Source: Desulfobacterales bacterium
Lineage (GTDB): Bacteria > Desulfobacterota > Desulfobacteria > Desulfobacterales > UBA2174
Reading direction: 5' to 3'
NCBI GenBank assembly: GCA_963668645.2
Contig: CAXXWC010000021.1
Coordinates: 608,001 to 672,000 of the forward strand
DNA length: 64,000 nucleotides
Position 1 is the first letter of the stretch, and each line of letters opens with the position of its first letter. Of this stretch, positions 30,522 to 39,795 are shown one piece after another. A program made the translations under genes and the position numbers. The notes beneath the pieces are model-generated. The model searched no databases. It saw nothing but the letters and a program-made list of their open reading frames with translations, and was not told where the DNA came from.

Positions 30522-31082
30522 ATGAAAATTCAGAAAGATATCAGATGGAAACCTACCGGTAGGGCGATAGGAGAAGGGGGCCAAGCCCAAGTTCAAGAAG
30601 TTCAGGATTCATCGGGTGAGCACATGGGAAAATATGTGCTCAAGGCACTTGCTAAAGGAAAGCCTCGCCAAGCATACAACCGGTTCTATGGCGAGATTTC
30701 GGCTATTAAAGGACTCAACCACCCTTACATTGTCACAGTCGTAGATTCTTCCACGTCTGAGGATGATTTCCATTATTACGTCATGGAATTGATTGAGGGT
30801 GCTAAGCCTCTAATGAACTTTCTTGGGGCGACAGAAAATCCTTTCTTCTGCAACCAGGTCGTAGCGATAGATTTGTTCCAAAAGCTTGCTGAAGTTATTC
30901 TGGCTTGCGAACAAAATAAACCAAAGATCATACACAGGGATCTCACACCAGGAAACGTTCTCCTTGTTCCTGATGGCACCATTCGCATTATCGACTTTGG
31001 CATTTGTCAAATTGAAGGCGAGGAAACCATCACCCTGATGGACGAAGAGGTGGACACCATCAACTACATGGCGCATTTTTAG
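30522..31082 (+). pseudogene. Ser/Thr protein kinase, 3'-truncated (second cassette)
   Basis: IGEGGQA.V, VLK, IHRDLTPGN, IIDFG; ends at NYMAHF where GT..YMAPE and the rest of the C-lobe are expected. Confidence 0.8.
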
Positions 31083-31205
31083 CAAATTAAAAAAAATGAC
31101 GGTCCTTTAATGGTATGCTCTCTATTCGATAGAATAGGCTCTTTAAAGATACAATAAAATTGCCAACAATTTTTCATCACAGAAATGAGCTTAGGTTAAA
31201 AAATT

Positions 31206-31237
31206 AGAAAGAATAATGGCGAGGCATTATTCTTTCT
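31206..31237. terminator. Perfect 13-bp hairpin, possible bidirectional terminator
   Basis: agaaagaataatg-gcgagg-cattattctttct followed by a T run. Confidence 0.5.
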
Positions 31238-31690
31238 TTTTGGAGTTTGTTCCTGGTTTTAAAACACAGATTCAGTACTCCGGTGTTGATAAACTCTTTG
31301 ACATAAGCGAAACCGTCGGCAGTGCATAGAGTGCTTGCCGGGCCCTGTCTTGAGAGGGATAGATGTAAGGTTCGCTACTACGGGCTGACATAATGCCCGA
31401 GGATGCTATAGATGATCAACACTTCGACCTGCTTGTCGTTTTAGATGAAAAGCCAGACTGTAGCGCAGGGGGGGGACAGGAGACGTTAAACGGCAGGTTC
31501 AGCCCTGAATGGATCATGATTTTTTCAGATTGTCCTCCATGCTGCGGATAGTCAGGCGATTTCCTCCGTTAGGTACGAAGAGGGGGAAGGCCAGAGTCAT
31601 CAAGCAGTTGAGAAAAATTCGCTGGAAGACCAGGTAGTGGCAGAGCGTTTCGACCAGTTCATCGTGACGGTTACGGATTGCGAATAGTCT
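31228..31690 (-). pseudogene. Decayed XerC/D-like tyrosine recombinase, C-terminal half
   Basis: Manual translation across frameshifts: DELVETLCHYL..PLFVPNGGNRLTIRSMEDN..LRYSLAFHL..DKQVEVLIIYSILGH..EPYIYP. Confidence 0.7.
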
Positions 31691-31827
31691 ATTGCTGTTG
31701 CCACCTTTTTATGGGCAGTGGGAAAACCAACAAGTTTTCCTTTTTATCGCAATTCCACCTACAATTTTTAATTTTGTGAGAGCTATAGCTTATAACCCGT
31801 AAACTTTTCGAAGAGAAGGAGACAGAA

Positions 31828-33897
31828 ATGTTGCTTCACCTTGTTAATCCAAATTTAAACAAACAACAATATAAAGAGTGTGTAGAAACGTATTTAATGG
31901 ATCTTTTTTATCCAGAAAAAAAACTAATTGAGCGTTATAACAAATTGTTTTTATCAGCAAAAACAAACAATAAAACTGATAATTTTGAATCAATAAAGAT
32001 GGAGATAATTAGCCAAACTATTAATAAGCATTTGTCCTCGGATAAATATGGATATCCCATGATTAGTAATGATAAAAATAATCCGATAATCAGATTTCCA
32101 TTCCCTTACATGGAAAAATATGTTGAGCTATTTTTAAAACGCAAAAACAATCTATCGTATGCGAATCGACGTCAAGATCCAAAGCAAATATTTGGTCTAA
32201 GTGATGATAAGGGCAATCCACAATCAAAAAACCATGGAAATTTTTATCATTTTATAAACGTTCTTATGAGTCTGTCTAGAGTTATTCAATATTTTTGTTT
32301 TTCAAAACAAAAATCGCCTATTTCTACTTTTTTCCCATCACGTCTAAAACGTTACATGCTTTTCGAAGACTTACTATACAAAATTGATCCATGTGGTGCG
32401 GTAAGAATATTTAAGCTTATGTTGGCAGGTTTCTATCATGATCTTGGAAAAACTATCATAGATCAAAGACATTCCATCGAAGGAGAAATATTGATTTTAG
32501 CAGATCAAACAAGTGCTTCTCTATATAAGCTCAATAATATAATCAATTGCTACAAGAAATTTAAACATATTAATAGTAACGAGCGATTCGAAAGAGACGA
32601 CCTCACATTATTATCTAAAATGCTTTTATATCACGATCAGTTCGGGACTTTAGGTACAGGAGAAGACGGATACTTAAGGATAGTTAAAGTTGTAGATTCT
32701 ATAAAAACATTAAGTCTTTGCCGCCATCACTCGCATTCTACTGACCGCAAACAAATTCATTGGAGCGCATGTACCATTTTTGATTTATGGGTTCTTAATA
32801 TTGCTGATATTTTAGCTTCAACGAACGATATAGGAAAATTTGAACTGCAGACTATTTGGTATAATAAATCCAAAGCTAATAAAATAATTTCAAAGTTTTT
32901 AAATGACGAAGAAGACGGTACCAACAGATTACACGATCTAAAAATAGCATTAAGGCTACTGTTTTCTCATTTTCATAGAGATGACAAACTAAAAGTCCAT
33001 GTCAGCGATATCAGTAAGATTATGAAAGAGGCCGTTGAAAACTCAAGATTTCATACATCCGAAAGGTTAAGACGACTCATTACTTCGAGTTTAATAGGAC
33101 CCGTAAAATATTTAAAAGAAAATTCAAATCTTAAAAGAGCACACTCTTTTGCAAGTGCGATAGAAGCCAAATTAAGAGAGAAGAACTGGACATTTACTAT
33201 AGAACGATCTCTTGAAGTTTTAGGCACATCGGAGCAATTCAAAAAGAAATTTTCTTGGATTGGAAAAATGGATTATGCCCTTGGTTTTTTTTCAATAATA
33301 GCGAAAGAAACATTGCAGCTTGTCGAAGCCGAGCTCTCTGATATTGTAAGGCTTCATTATGAAGAATCGATTGGATATGGAGAATCATTCATCAACCCTA
33401 AGAAAATTGAAATTACTCATAGAAATGCACAGATTCAGGAGGCAATTTCTGATGCAAAATTCAATCCTGATATTGAAGGAAATGTGCTACTTCTTAAGTT
33501 TGGTAAAATTGGAATAAATAGGGGCGATCTTAACAAAATTGATGATTATAGATTCAAATATGATGGTAAGGATCTAAAAATATTAAAGGTTGAATTATTG
33601 CCAATTTCTAATACTTCTTGGATAAGAGAAAGAACGCTTGGAGATATTGATGATGAAGACTTTCTGTCTGATTTGAACGCTCAATTTTTCCTTGACAATT
33701 TTACAGCAACAATTATAACCATAATTAGTTATCTGCTAAATAGAGAAAAGGAGATTGATACGCCGAAAGACTTTCAGTTTCTTTATGCAAAAGATAAATT
33801 AAATACTGATAAAATTCGCAAAATAACCTCTATGGTTGGTCCATTTCAAACGAATAAATCAGTTCATTATATTCTTCAGAACATTTATATTTATTGA
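31828..33897 (+). CDS. Large AT-rich HD-domain protein
   Basis: FYH..., FYHDLGK, RHS..G, YHD and NIADI metal-binding pattern; RBS GAAGGAG. Confidence 0.75.
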   Translation: MLLHLVNPNLNKQQYKECVETYLMDLFYPEKKLIERYNKLFLSAKTNNKTDNFESIKMEIISQTINKHLSSDKYGYPMISNDKNNPIIRFPFPYMEKYVELFLKRKNNLSYANRRQDPKQIFGLSDDKGNPQSKNHGNFYHFINVLMSLSRVIQYFCFSKQKSPISTFFPSRLKRYMLFEDLLYKIDPCGAVRIFKLMLAGFYHDLGKTIIDQRHSIEGEILILADQTSASLYKLNNIINCYKKFKHINSNERFERDDLTLLSKMLLYHDQFGTLGTGEDGYLRIVKVVDSIKTLSLCRHHSHSTDRKQIHWSACTIFDLWVLNIADILASTNDIGKFELQTIWYNKSKANKIISKFLNDEEDGTNRLHDLKIALRLLFSHFHRDDKLKVHVSDISKIMKEAVENSRFHTSERLRRLITSSLIGPVKYLKENSNLKRAHSFASAIEAKLREKNWTFTIERSLEVLGTSEQFKKKFSWIGKMDYALGFFSIIAKETLQLVEAELSDIVRLHYEESIGYGESFINPKKIEITHRNAQIQEAISDAKFNPDIEGNVLLLKFGKIGINRGDLNKIDDYRFKYDGKDLKILKVELLPISNTSWIRERTLGDIDDEDFLSDLNAQFFLDNFTATIITIISYLLNREKEIDTPKDFQFLYAKDKLNTDKIRKITSMVGPFQTNKSVHYILQNIYIY

Positions 33898-33920
33898 CAA
33901 GTTTTTAACATTCAACTCTT

Positions 33921-34480
33921 GAAAAGCTCGTAAAAATCGGCGTTCGAATCAAGCCGAGTTGTGAGCATATGTTCGCAACATGAGCCTCCCGACGATCCGG
34001 ATAGTGATTGAATCGAAAAAACCGCCGATTCGCTCTTTGAAAGGTCGAAAAACATGGATGGTGCCGTCTTTGCGCACCTCCAACTGGTCTTTGGCGATCC
34101 GGCAAAGCAGCTTGTAGCTGTGCATATCGGCCACCTGCCGGTTGGACTCGAACTGGGTCACCAGCCGGTACAGGTCAACGGCACCTCGCACAACACCCTC
34201 TTGGAATCCGAGGGCTTGACCCCGGCAAAGCACTGCTTGGCCTTTTCGCCCTGGTAGCGTTGGGTCAGTTCCACATCGATACGGCCGTAAACGATAGGAT
34301 GGTGGCACTTGAGGTTGACTAAAAACCGGTCGATGCCCTTGACGAAAATGCCGATGCGCCCGAAACGGGCCATGTTGGGGCGGATGTGAACCGAGTCGAT
34401 GCGCTGGTGCCCGGTATCGACTTTGAACACGTCGGCCAACTTGACGGCCGCGGCGTCGAACAGGTCGGTATCGATCTTTC
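33921..34480 (-). pseudogene. Second remnant of the same IS1182/IS5-like element, large internal deletion
   Basis: Homologous to ~15115-15250 joined directly to ~16083-16487. Confidence 0.85.
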
Positions 34481-35035
34481 TGCGGCCATGGGGCGCCGGC
34501 CGGCAACGATCCGGTCTCCTTGCAGGATACGCGGCCAGTTCGGCCAGGCGGAGCATGAGGCCAGACGCCGCTACCTGGAATATGTCCCCAAAGCTGCTGA
34601 TGACCACCAGTTGGTTGCCGACAAATAGCCCGGCACATCATCCAAACCGATAGCACCGCCCTCCGGCTGTAAAACCCGATCAGATAGAGGTTCTCCTCGA
34701 TTATTTTTTGGGTTGATTTTTAGGATCAAGATATGCTTAATTATACATTAAGCCCACAAAGCACCTGACCGGATCCGACGACGCCGCCACCACCACCACC
34801 ACTTCACTTCATGCTGGATGGACCACCGCTCGAGTTGTCCTGCTCTCACGCCCCTGGCGCTTTCTTGTTCAGAAACAGAAAATAACTAACGGTTGCATAA
34901 AAGAAGAAGAACTACAGCAAATGATACCACAAATCATAGAGGGAGAATTTTCCTTTTGCCTCTCCCTATACAAAACAGGATGTTTTTCTACTCTTGGCGT
35001 CAAGGGATTATTTACTTATGGAAAGGAGAATCAAA

Positions 35036-35308
35036 ATGTCAATGCCTGGTGGATGGAGTCAATATTCGTGTGAAATACCGAGGGATGTGCTCAAAACTTT
35101 CAAGGCTGCCTTCGAGGGATTTGTTGGCGTTAAGTACATCCCGCTGGCCTATGCCAGCCAAGTCGTTCAGGGTGCCAATTACAGTTTCTTTTGCAACGCA
35201 AAGGGCGTTTATCCGGAAGCTTTTCCACAGGCCGCGATGGTTGAAATATTTATGCCGTTAGGAGGAGGCGCCCCAACCATCAAAAAAATCAACGTCATCG
35301 AGCATTAA
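35036..35308 (+). CDS. Small cystatin-like protein
   Basis: N-terminal PGGWS and QVVQG.NY (QxVxG) motif; RBS AAAGGAG. Confidence 0.68.
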   Translation: MSMPGGWSQYSCEIPRDVLKTFKAAFEGFVGVKYIPLAYASQVVQGANYSFFCNAKGVYPEAFPQAAMVEIFMPLGGGAPTIKKINVIEH

Positions 35309-35512
35309 CTTTAAATCAAACCCATAATCTCTTGTCGCCAAATGTAACAAATGTATCAAGGTCGCCGTCTGTTGTGGCAAGTGGAGGGCACGCCATCAAA
35401 CGATGCCGTGAACTCAAAATCAGCCCGAAAACGGATAACGAACAAAGGGCACCATGTGTGTCTTATTCTGGGTCGATGCGAATCATCTCATACGGTATCG
35501 AAAGGAGCGATC

Positions 35513-35896
35513 ATGGAGGGCAAACTTGTCAGTGTAAAGACCTATCACCTTGAAGGTGATAATGTAAGAATCGTATTTTCATCTGAGAACCCAGAGCTCG
35601 AGCTTATATACGAAGACAAACAGGGGCAACGTAAGTTCACAGGAAGAGCGATATATCGAGAAAAGATACATCTCGGCTTCATGCCTTCCGTAGTTCTGGA
35701 TGAGGTCCCAGACAAGTATAGGATAATCCTATCTCTCGCCGTTCCGTCCGCCAACAGATCCGAAAATATGAAGTCTATTCCGATTAGGACTTTTGCTGCA
35801 CGAACCAAGATTCGCACCGGTATCGTCGGACCGGAAGCCATCGAAGGTCAAATACAGACTCACGATATTTTAATCCTAAACGGCAATGCCTGGTAG
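35513..35896 (+). CDS. Hypothetical protein (127 aa)
   Basis: AAAGGAG RBS before ATG 35513; followed by a strong hairpin. Confidence 0.7.
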   Translation: MEGKLVSVKTYHLEGDNVRIVFSSENPELELIYEDKQGQRKFTGRAIYREKIHLGFMPSVVLDEVPDKYRIILSLAVPSANRSENMKSIPIRTFAARTKIRTGIVGPEAIEGQIQTHDILILNGNAW

Positions 35897-35904
35897 ACGG
35901 GAAA

Positions 35905-35939
35905 AGTCATCACCACCGGTTCTGCCGGTGGTGATGACT
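35905..35939. terminator. Perfect 15-bp hairpin between convergent genes (terminator or IS200/REP-like hairpin)
   Basis: agtcatcaccaccgg-ttctg-ccggtggtgatgact. Confidence 0.6.
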
Positions 35940-36052
35940 GATCGACGTTCAGACGTTTTTCTACGATAAGCGGCTGGTTAGGGGCAACGATCCGATCCCC
36001 TGGCAGGATACGCAGTACGTAATGCGCCAGTTCGGCCAGGCGGAGGAGTCGA

Positions 36053-37414
36053 TTATCGCTCCCTCAACGCCTTGTAGCGCGCCTTCAGAAAAGGTTTGAG
36101 CAGGTACTCGAGCACGGTCCGGCAGCCGGTCAGAATATCCACCTCGGCGGTCATGCCCGCAATGATCGGCAAAGGATCGTCCGCCGGGCCCAGGTGGTTG
36201 TTTTCGGTTCTGACCCGGATCCGGTAGAATGCCTGCCCCCGTTCATCGATGATCGTATCCGCGCTGATGTGCTCCAGGCGGGCCGCCAGAGAGCCGTAGA
36301 TCGAAAAATCGTAGGCCGTCAGTTTGATCCGGGCCTCCAGGCCGGGATGCAAAAAAGCGATGTCCGAGGGCAAAATCCGGGCTTCGATCAGCAGGCGGTC
36401 TTCCAGGGGCACGATTTCCACCAGCGGCATGCCCGGCGCCACCACTCCGCCGATGGTGGTGACCATCAGCCGTTTGACCGTGCCGTCCACCGGCGACCGG
36501 ATTTCGGTGCGGACCATCCGGTCCTTGAGCGCTGAAAGGACCTGCTCCAGCGCTTTGAGCTCACTGCTGGCCTTGTTGAGTTCCCCGAGGATCTTGCCGC
36601 GGAAATTCTCCTCCTGCTCGCGGATCTTGCGTTTGGCCATGGAAAGGGCCGTACGCGCCGGTTCGATGGACAGGCGAACCGATTGCATCTTTCCTTCCAG
36701 CTCGCTGAGTTCCCGCTTCAACCGGATCAGCTCGACCTTGGCCGTCACCCCCTTTTCGACCATGGGAGCGATAATGGCCAGTTCTTCCTTGGCCAGGGCA
36801 TAACTGCGTCCCAAAGGTCCGAGCCGACTCTCCAGTTCATTGAGTTCCTGTTCCCGCTGGACCGCCGTTTCCTTGAGAATAGCGAGGATCTCCCGGCGCT
36901 CCTGGTTGCGGGCTTTGAACAGGGCTGTTTCATCGATCACAAGATCAGGATTGGCTTTAACGATATCGGCCGCAAATCGAATCGGGGTGCCCTTGATTTC
37001 GGCGGAAAGGCGGGTGATGGTGGCCTGCAGCGCGAGATAGCGGGCCCGGCCCTGGCCGTAATCGGCCCCCGAGGCGGTGTCGTCCAGGCGCAGCAGCACC
37101 TGGTCCCTGGCCACCTCGTCACCTTCGTGGACCAGAATTTGCGCAAGGATCCCCCCTTCCAGGTTCTGGATCACCTGCACCTGGCTGGAGGGGATCACAT
37201 GGCCGATGCCGGTGGTTACCTGGTCCAGGGGGGCCCGGGCGGCCCAGACGACCGCGGCAACGGCAAACATGACAATGGCAAAAAGCAGCAGGCTGGCCGA
37301 CCATCGCGGGGCCCGGGCGGCCATTCCCTTCAGATCCCGCACAAAGGCCGTATCCCCGTCCTGCCGGCCGCCGTTGCGGCCCGTAAACCGGGTAATGAGC
37401 CGGCGACCGTTCAT
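36053..37414 (-). CDS. T1SS membrane fusion protein (HlyD family)
   Basis: G.VIPSSQVQ.IQNLEGG, IRSPVDG.V, AYDFSIYG, GMTAEVDILTG, YLLKP..ALRER. Confidence 0.95.
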   Translation of the reverse strand: MNGRRLITRFTGRNGGRQDGDTAFVRDLKGMAARAPRWSASLLLFAIVMFAVAAVVWAARAPLDQVTTGIGHVIPSSQVQVIQNLEGGILAQILVHEGDEVARDQVLLRLDDTASGADYGQGRARYLALQATITRLSAEIKGTPIRFAADIVKANPDLVIDETALFKARNQERREILAILKETAVQREQELNELESRLGPLGRSYALAKEELAIIAPMVEKGVTAKVELIRLKRELSELEGKMQSVRLSIEPARTALSMAKRKIREQEENFRGKILGELNKASSELKALEQVLSALKDRMVRTEIRSPVDGTVKRLMVTTIGGVVAPGMPLVEIVPLEDRLLIEARILPSDIAFLHPGLEARIKLTAYDFSIYGSLAARLEHISADTIIDERGQAFYRIRVRTENNHLGPADDPLPIIAGMTAEVDILTGCRTVLEYLLKPFLKARYKALRER

Positions 37415-39597
37415 CAGCTTCCCTCCGCCATGGCGATCTTTCCTGCCGCCAGATCGTCGAGCACCGCTTTTTTGGGGCCGTCGGCAACGATCTTTCCCCG
37501 GTCCAGTACAATGACGCGGTCCACAAGAGAGAGCAGCGACATCCGGTGGGTCGCCAGAAGCAGCGTCCTGCCGGGCAGTATCTTGAGCATGCGCCGCTTG
37601 AACTCGCTTTCCGTGGCGTTGTCCATGGCACTGGTGGGTTCGTCCATCAGCAGCACCTTCGGGTCGGCCAGCAATGCCCGGGAAATGGCGATGGCCTGTC
37701 GCTGCCCCCCGGAAAGGCCTTCCCCGCGCTCGCCCACGGGCATGTCGTAACCGGCCGGATGGCGCCGGACAAAATCATGGACCCCGGCGATGGTGGAGGC
37801 TTTCAGGATTTCGGCATCCGAGGCCTGCGCGGCCCCCATGGCGATATTTTCACGCAGTGTTCCCCGGAAGAGCAAGATCTCCTGGGGCACCATGCCCACG
37901 GCCTTGCGCAGGTCCACCGGATCGATCTGGCGCAGGTCCGTATCGTCCAGAAGGACCATGCCTTCACCGGGCGGGTAGAAATGGAGCGCCAGGCGCTGCA
38001 AAGTGCTTTTGCCCGAACCGGTCCGGCCGATCAGGGCCACCCGTTCACCGGCCCGCAGGGTAAAATTGACGCTTTTGAGGCTCGCCACCTTCTGCCCCGG
38101 GTAGGCGAAGGATACATTCTGAAACCGGAGGCTGCCCGTCAGTTCGGGCCGGTGCAGCCGGGGCTGGTGGGCCGGCTGTTCCGCCGGCATCTGCATGACG
38201 CGGTTCAAGGACCGGTAGGCGTTGACCACATGGTGAACCCGGGTCAGCAACTGCGCGATCTGGGCCAGGGGCGCCAGGGTCCGCCCCCCGAGAATCACGC
38301 AGGCGATCAGGGCCCCCTGGGTCATCTCACCGGCCCGGATCAGGTAGACGCCCAGCACCACAATCATGACCGTGCTCAGTTGCTGGACCAGAACCGTAAA
38401 ATTGATGGCCAGCATGGACAAGAAGCGCGCCCGGTGCCCCTGGCGGGCACTGATCTCGACGGCGTTCATCCACTGCCGCCGCATGCGCGGTTCGGCCCGG
38501 ACGGCCTTGACGGTTTCCAGGGCGTTGAGGGTTTCGATCAGCACGCCGTGCTTTTGCTGGCCTTCGCGGAATTCGCCGTGCACGAAACGGCGCAGGGGAA
38601 AATAGATGATCATCCCGATCACCAGGATCACCGGGACGGCAATGATCATGACCCAGGCAATGGGTCCGCCGATGAGCCAGAACACGCCGATGAAAAAAAA
38701 GACGAAAGGCAGGTCGACCACGGTCGCCAGGGTGGCCGAAGTGAAAAAATCGCGCAGGGTTTCAATCTCTCTGAGCAGGTTGGCAAAGGCACCGCTGGAA
38801 GCCGGCCGATCGGCCAGACGCATGTTCAAAAGCTTGTCGAAAAGGGCATTGGCCAAGGCGATGTCCGCCTGCCGCCCGGCACTGTCGATGAAATAGCCAC
38901 GCAAGGTACGCAGCAAAAAGTCGAACCCGTACAGGACGATCACCCCGATGGCCAGGACCCAGAGGGTCTCGATGGCATTGTTGGGGATCACCCGGTCGTA
39001 GACGGTGAGCGTAAATACGGAGCTGGCCAGGGCAAAGACATTGATCAAAACCGCTGCCAGGGCCACCTGGAGATAGATCCACCATTGCCGGGCCAGGGTT
39101 CCCCAGAACCAGGAGCCTTCGGCCCCGGGGACGGAGCGGTCCTGCGAATCGGCGGCACGATAGCGCGAGAGGACATAGATGGCAAATTCTGTGTATTTTT
39201 CCGCCAGGGCAGCCATGTCCACCTGCCGCACGCCCCCGTCTGTGCCCGGCACCATGATCCGGGCCTGGTCCCGGCCGTTTCTTTCGAGCAGGATGCAGAC
39301 CTGGTCGTCCGCGAGGATGAGGATGGCCGGCAGGGCCAGTTCGGAAATGTCGCCAAGCCGGCGCCTGACCACCCGGGCGGCCAGGCCGGCACGCTCCGCC
39401 GCCCGGACAAACAGTGAGGGTGAAAGCCGGCCCTGCACCAGCGGCAGGCCGGCGCGCAGAGCCTCGGCCGAATAGGCGCGTCCGTGATGGCGGGTCAGGA
39501 AAACGAGGCATTCCAGCAGAGGATCTTCCGGCTCCGGGAAGGGTTCCGGCTGTACGGTCAGCGGCACATGGACCAATGGAACTGCGGTGGTGCTCAT
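37414..39597 (-). CDS. T1SS ABC transporter permease/ATPase (LapB/HlyB type, C39-like N-terminus)
   Basis: VYDRVIPN, GRTGSGKST, LSGGQRQ, MDEPTS. Confidence 0.95.
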   Translation of the reverse strand: MSTTAVPLVHVPLTVQPEPFPEPEDPLLECLVFLTRHHGRAYSAEALRAGLPLVQGRLSPSLFVRAAERAGLAARVVRRRLGDISELALPAILILADDQVCILLERNGRDQARIMVPGTDGGVRQVDMAALAEKYTEFAIYVLSRYRAADSQDRSVPGAEGSWFWGTLARQWWIYLQVALAAVLINVFALASSVFTLTVYDRVIPNNAIETLWVLAIGVIVLYGFDFLLRTLRGYFIDSAGRQADIALANALFDKLLNMRLADRPASSGAFANLLREIETLRDFFTSATLATVVDLPFVFFFIGVFWLIGGPIAWVMIIAVPVILVIGMIIYFPLRRFVHGEFREGQQKHGVLIETLNALETVKAVRAEPRMRRQWMNAVEISARQGHRARFLSMLAINFTVLVQQLSTVMIVVLGVYLIRAGEMTQGALIACVILGGRTLAPLAQIAQLLTRVHHVVNAYRSLNRVMQMPAEQPAHQPRLHRPELTGSLRFQNVSFAYPGQKVASLKSVNFTLRAGERVALIGRTGSGKSTLQRLALHFYPPGEGMVLLDDTDLRQIDPVDLRKAVGMVPQEILLFRGTLRENIAMGAAQASDAEILKASTIAGVHDFVRRHPAGYDMPVGERGEGLSGGQRQAIAISRALLADPKVLLMDEPTSAMDNATESEFKRRMLKILPGRTLLLATHRMSLLSLVDRVIVLDRGKIVADGPKKAVLDDLAAGKIAMAEGS

Positions 39598-39795
39598 CGA
39601 TGAATGAAGTTTCCTTTCCAGAGTCGGGCGGCTGGCCCTGTGTCTTCTTACCGAGTGTCCGTCCATAAATGGTGATTTTTGGTTCCTGGCAAGGCCCGAG
39701 CGAGTTTTCAACCGAAGCAATAGCCCGCTATTTCGAGGATCGGAAACGAGCGAGAACGCCGCCGGGGACCGAAAGGTGCCGTTTATGGATGGACA

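Noticed and set aside
31300..31420. Apparent multi-stem structured RNA on the + strand
   Set aside because: The minus strand translates as the C-terminus of a decayed tyrosine recombinase, so the stems are probably incidental
31228..31690. Integron integrase for the adjacent cassettes
   Set aside because: No IntI-specific insertion or DIRTVQELLGH-type motif visible; it looks XerC/D-like and is broken
34787..34802. (CCA)n microsatellite
   Set aside because: Short, intergenic, no evidence of function
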